A stretch of 37,552 bases of DNA from Chiloscyllium plagiosum (taxonomy: Eukaryota): NCBI RefSeq assembly GCF_004010195.1, contig NC_057719.1:48467896-48505447 (forward strand), written 5' to 3'. Numbering within the stretch: the stretch's first letter is position 1; each line of letters opens with the position of its first letter. The notes under the pieces were generated by a model. It searched no databases, was not told where the DNA came from, and saw nothing but the letters and a program-made list of their open reading frames with translations. Below, piece by piece: positions 33,159 to 37,552 of this stretch. A program made the position numbers and the translations under genes.

Positions 33159-36080
33159 TTTTCTAATTTCCCCTATAACTGAACGGTCCCTCCCTCTATT
33201 TAGTTGAAAGTCCCACGTTACTAGGGCTGTAGAAAGGGCTTTAAACCGAATGGGGGGAGAGTTCAGTTGTAGGGGAAATTAGAAAACCCAAATTAAATGT
33301 GCAGAACTCAGGAGACGTTATTAAAATCTCCAGCACAGACACAAATAGGACAGAGTGTATGGAAAGTGTTAACAGTCAAACTTCAAGCATGCTGGACAAA
33401 TAAATGACAATGAGAAGAGAGACAGTTAATATTCAAGGATATATATCCTATCGAAAAGATAGCAGGTGGGCAGAGTGGGTGGGGTTGCCTTATTAGGAAG
33501 AAATGAAATTAAATCAATAGTAAGAAATGAAGTAGAGTCGGATGGTCTAGAAGCTGTGTTGGTAGCATTGAGGAACTGCAAATCTGAAAAAACCATAGTT
33601 GGAGTTATGTATAGGCCTCCAAATAGTAGTCAGGAGCTGAGGCATAAGATATACCAAGAGATAGAAAAGATGTGTAGGAAAGGCAAAGTTATAGTGATAA
33701 TGGGGGATTTTAATATGCAAGTAAACTGGGAAAATCAGGTTAGGATTGCAAGAAAAGGAATTTGTGATGGCTTTCTGGAGCAGCTTGTCGTGGAGCCCAC
33801 TCAGGAAAAGGCAATACTGGATTTAGTGTTGTTCAATGAGGCGGACTTGATAAGGAAGTACAAGGTGAAGGAATCCTTAAGAGGCAGAGATCATATTATG
33901 GATTGAATTTACTCTGCAATTTGAGAGGGAGAAGATAGAATCAGAGGTAATAATATTGCAGCTAAATAAAGGCATGAGGGAGGAGCTGGGTAGAATTGAC
34001 TGGGCGAGCAGCTTAGCAGGAAAAACAGTGGAACAGCGATGGCAGGAATTTCTGAGAGGAGTAATTCAGGCGACACAACAGAAACATCCCTAGGAAAAAG
34101 AAGCATGGTACAGCGAGGATGACGCATCATGGCTGACTAGGGAAGTCAGGGATAGCATAAAAGCAAAGCGAAAGCATATAATGTGGCGAAGGACAGTGGG
34201 AAACCAGAGGATTGGGAAGCTTACAAAGAACGACTGAGGGCAACAAAAAAAGAAAAAAAAGGAGGGAGAAGATTAAATATGAGGATAAGCTCGCCAGTAA
34301 TATAAAGGAAGACTGTACAAGTTTCTTTAGATATATAAAGGGCAAAAGTGGGCATTGAGCTACTGGAAAATGATGCTGGAAAAATAGCAGTGGAGACCAA
34401 GGAAATGGCTGAGGAACTGAATAATCACTTTGCATCAGTCTTCATGGTGGAAGACATGAATAATATCCAAACAATTCAAGAGTTGCGGGCAGAGCTGAAT
34501 ATGTTGGTCATCACCAAGGCGAAGGTGCTCGAAAAACTGAATGGCCTGAAGGTAGATAAACTGGACTAGATGGACTACACCTCAGAGTTCCAAGGGAGAT
34601 AGCTGAAGAGTTAGTGGAGACGTTAGTGGTGATCTTTCATGAATTGCTAGAATCTGGGAGGGTCCCAGAGGACTAGAAAATCATGAACATGACACTCCTT
34701 TTTAACAAGGGAATAAGGCAAAAGATGAAAAATTACAGACTGATTGTCTTATCTCAGTCATGGGTAAGTTCCTGGAATCCATTGTGAAGCTTGAGATTTC
34801 TGAATATCATGTGTAAGGTAAAATAGGGCAAAGTCAGCATAGTTTTATCAAGGAAAGGTGATACCTAACAAATCTGCTAGAATTCTTTGAGGAAGGAATG
34901 AGCAGGTTAGACCATGGAAAGCCAATGGATGTTATCTACCTGAACTCCCAGAAGGCCTTTGACAAGGTGCAGAGGAGGCTACTGAGTAAGATAAGGGCCC
35001 ATGGTGTCACCAGCAAGGTGCTAGCATGGATAGAAGCTTATCTGTCTGGCAGAAAGCAAAGAGTGGGAATAAAAAGGTCCTCCTCAGGATGACAACTGGT
35101 GACAAGTGGTTCCACAAGGCATAGTATTTGGACCACAGCTTTTCACTTTATATATTAACAATCTAGATGAAGGAACTGAGGGCATTCTGGCTAAGTTTGC
35201 ACATGATAGGTCAAGGGACAGTAGCATTGAGGAGGCAGACAGGCTGCAGAAGGATTTGGGCAGGTTAGGTGAGTGGGCAAAGAAGTCGCAGATGGAGTAT
35301 AATTAGGGAAAGAGAGGTCATGCACGTTGGTAGGAAGAGTAGAGGCATGGACTATTTTCTAAATGGGGAGAAAATTCAGAAGTCTGAAGTGCACAGAGAC
35401 TTGGCCGTTCTAGTCCAGGATTCTCACAAGGTAAACTTGCAGATTGAGTCAGTAGTTAGGAAGGCAAATGCACCAATGGCATTTATTTTGAGAGGACTTG
35501 AACATAAAAACACGGATGTACTTCTGACGCTCTCAGGCTTTGGTCAGAACATACTTGGAGTGTTATGCGTAGTTTTGGAACCAATATGTCAAGAAGGATC
35601 TATTGGCCCTGGAGCATGTTCAGAGGAGGTTCATAACAGTTTTCCCAGGAATCAAAGACTTAACACGTGAGAAACATTTGAAGATTCGGGCTTTCTACTT
35701 GATGGAGTTCAGAAAGATGAAGAGGGCATCTAATATAAACTTACTAAATGGTCTGGACAGAGTGCATTTGGGAAGATGTTCATTTGTAGGAGAGACTAGG
35801 ACCCGAGGACATAGCCTTAAAGTAAAGGGAAGACCTTTTAGAATGGAGATAAGGAGAGACTTCTTCAGCCAGAGAGTGGTGAATCTATGGAAATCATTGC
35901 CATTGAAGGCTGTGGAGGCCAGGTCATTGGGTTGATGGATAGGTTCTTGATTATCAAAGGGATCAAGGGTTACAGGGAGAGAGCCGGAGAATGGGGAATT
36001 AACAGCCATGATTGAATGGTAGAACAGACTCGATGGGCTGAATGGCCTAATTTCTGCTCCTATGGCTTACGGTCTCTTAT
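33159..36080 (+). mobile_element. CR1-type LINE (ORF1 end, APE, RT, tail) nested in the Gypsy 3' LTR, with a 5' inverted segment
   Basis: GGVALL, GVMYRPPNS, IMGDFN, AILDLVLFNE, DVIYLNSQKAFDKV, VPQGIVFGPQLFTLYINNL, FFSQRVVNLWKSLP; tail gggctgaatggcctaatttctgctcctat. Confidence 0.93.
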
Positions 36081-36274
36081 GGGTTCTATTCACTCTAGCT
36101 AGCTCTTAGCTAGCTGGATCAGTGTCAGTGGCTTGGTAATTGGATGTTGGCCTTTGAGGAGTCATTTCAGTGTGAAAAAAGATGTCTGTCTGAGGCTGGG
36201 CCAATAAATAAGGGAAACAAGTTAAATAGTCAAGGCAGGCAAGAGCACTGCAGAGAATGAGGTAATACTGATAA

Positions 36275-37308
36275 ATTAAACTGCATTTATTTCAATGCAA
36301 GAGGCCTGACAGGTAAGGCAGATGAGCTTAGGGCATGGTTGGGAACATAAGACTGGGATATCAGGTATTACAGTAATGTGGATCAGGGAGGGGCAGGACT
36401 AGCAGCACAATGTTCTGTGATATAGAAACCCTAGGAAGAGTAGAAAAGGGGAGGGGGGGGGCAAGAGAAGGGGCGTAAAGTTTTTGGTGAAGAATAATAT
36501 TCTGGTTATTTTTAGGGAGGATATTCCTGGGAGAATGTACAGTGAAGTTGTGTGGGTGGAACTGAGAAATAAGAAAGGGATGATGACCTTATTGGGATTG
36601 TAATGTAGACCGTGCCAACTGGCCACCCACCCCACCCCTGCGCACACACCCGCCTGTCCGTCCAAAGTCAGTGGGAAATGGAGAAGGAAATATGTAAGGA
36701 GGTCTCCAATATCTGTAAGAATAAAAAGGTTTCAATGGTAGGAGATTTTCACTTTCCAGACATAGACTGGGACTGCGATAGTGTTAAGGGCTTGGATGGA
36801 TAGGAATTTGTTAAACAAGAAATTTTTCTTAATAAATGGATGTACCTACTGGAGAAGGAGCAAAATGTGACCACCTCTTGGGGAATAAGGCAGGGCAGGT
36901 AATTGAGGTGTCAGTGGGAGAGCACTTTGGAGCAAGTGATCATGATTCTATTAGTTTTAAAATAATTATGGAAAAGGATATATCTGATCTAAAAGTTAAA
37001 GGTCTAAATTGGTGTAGAGCCATTTTTGACGGTATTAGGCAGGAACTTTCAAAGGTTGACTGGAAGATGCTGTTCGCAGGTAAAACGATAGTCACAAAAT
37101 TGGAGGCCTTCAACATGAGAATGAGAGGTCAGAGGCAGTATGTTCCTGTTAGTGAAGGGCAGGGTAGATGAAGGGAATGCTGAATGACTAGAGAAATTGA
37201 GGCTTTGGTCAAGAAAATGGAGGCATATGTCAGGTATAGACTGCTGAGATTGAGTGAATCCCTAGAGGAGTATAATGTCAGCAGGAGTATACTCTAGACA
37301 GAATTCAG
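36275..37308 (+). mobile_element. CR1-type LINE ORF2 5' part (APE), interrupted by a PLE
   Basis: LNCIYFNARGLTGKADEL, VGDFHFPDIDWD, EHFGASDHDSISF; 37020-37290 is homologous to 12950-13230. Confidence 0.88.
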
Positions 37309-37552
37309 CTGAAAATGTGTTGCTGGAAAAGCGCAGCAGGTTAGGCAGCATCCAGGGAACAGGAGAATCGACGTTTCGGGCATAAGCCCTTCTTCAGGAA
37401 TGAGGAAAGTTTGTCCAGCAGGCTAAGATAAAAGGTAGGGAGGAGGGACTTGGGGGACGGGTGTCGGAAGGTCAAGGTGAGGGTGATAGGTCAGACGGGG
37501 GTGGGGGCGGAGAGGTCGGGAAGAAGATTGCAGGTTAGGAAGGCAGTGCTGA
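37309..37552 (-). mobile_element. Young-looking Penelope-like element 3' end/pseudo-LTR (runs off window)
   Basis: Same family as 2026-2116 with CpGs retained; G-rich plus strand as at 400-540. Confidence 0.8.
37366..37401 (-). ncRNA. Minimal type I hammerhead ribozyme motif
   Basis: Minus strand: AUUC-CUGAAGA-A-GGGC(UUAU)GCCC-GAAA-CGUC-GAUU. Core intact, perfect 4-bp stem II, palindromic stem III ACGU, canonical GUC cleavage triplet; stem I is weak (one U-U mismatch). Confidence 0.75.

Larger units (their letters stand above)
27966..36169 (+). mobile_element. Decayed Ty3/Gypsy LTR retrotransposon with nested insertions
   Basis: 5' LTR TG...CA 27966-28180; PBS-like tggtgacaag; protease MEVNTSAAVSVI (~29978); RT WAAPVIPLVK and IYLDDVIITG (~30784); RNase H-region FLGLENYYSKFI and LACDAS; integrase HPG, PWTWLQV, PYHPSSRGLAERAVQTLK; PPT 33031-33046; 3' LTR split into 33047-33158 and 36081-36169. 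Confidence 0.9.

Noticed and set aside
27961..36175. TSD around the Gypsy element
   Set aside because: The flanks aaact and gtgtg do not match; the TSD has decayed or the element is rearranged.
36612..36662. C-rich insert (ccacccacccacccctgcgcacacacccgcc) in the CR1 YRPP motif
   Set aside because: Low-complexity expansion; no recognisable structure or origin.
20154..37552. Final PELI2 exon (VESETNVLQDG... plus RING-like domain)
   Set aside because: No such peptide in the ORF track or seen by eye; it presumably lies beyond the window.
1..37552. Prokaryotic systems (CRISPR, operons, retrons)
   Set aside because: No spaced repeat arrays or dense coding; all RT fragments belong to eukaryotic LINE or Gypsy elements.

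Overview
Eukaryotic, repeat-rich vertebrate DNA, almost certainly from a shark or other elasmobranch (HE1-type SINEs, CR1/HER1-type LINEs). The window lies entirely inside a + strand Pellino gene (PELI2-like E3 ubiquitin ligase). Three internal coding exons are present (3166-3267, 15339-15536, 19965-20153), all phase 0 with AG/GT boundaries; the upstream exons and the last exon fall outside the window. The introns are a layered transposon graveyard: CR1 LINEs, HE1 and Deu-type SINEs, a SINE-headed LINE lacking ORF1, decayed PIF/Harbinger transposases, a Tx1-like tail, and a decayed Ty3/Gypsy element carrying nested insertions. The most interesting signal is a set of at least seven short Penelope-like element (PLE) insertions from about three families. 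They carry minimal hammerhead ribozyme motifs (CUGAnGA-A-stem II-GAAA-palindromic stem III), two with intact cores (22798-22832 and 37366-37401, both minus strand), often in inverted arrangements with target-site duplications. There are also two recent local templated duplications just downstream of PELI2 exons, one inverted (142 bp) and one direct (~135 bp). Repeat family names are from recalled motifs, not a database search, and repeat boundaries are approximate unless fixed by a TSD.
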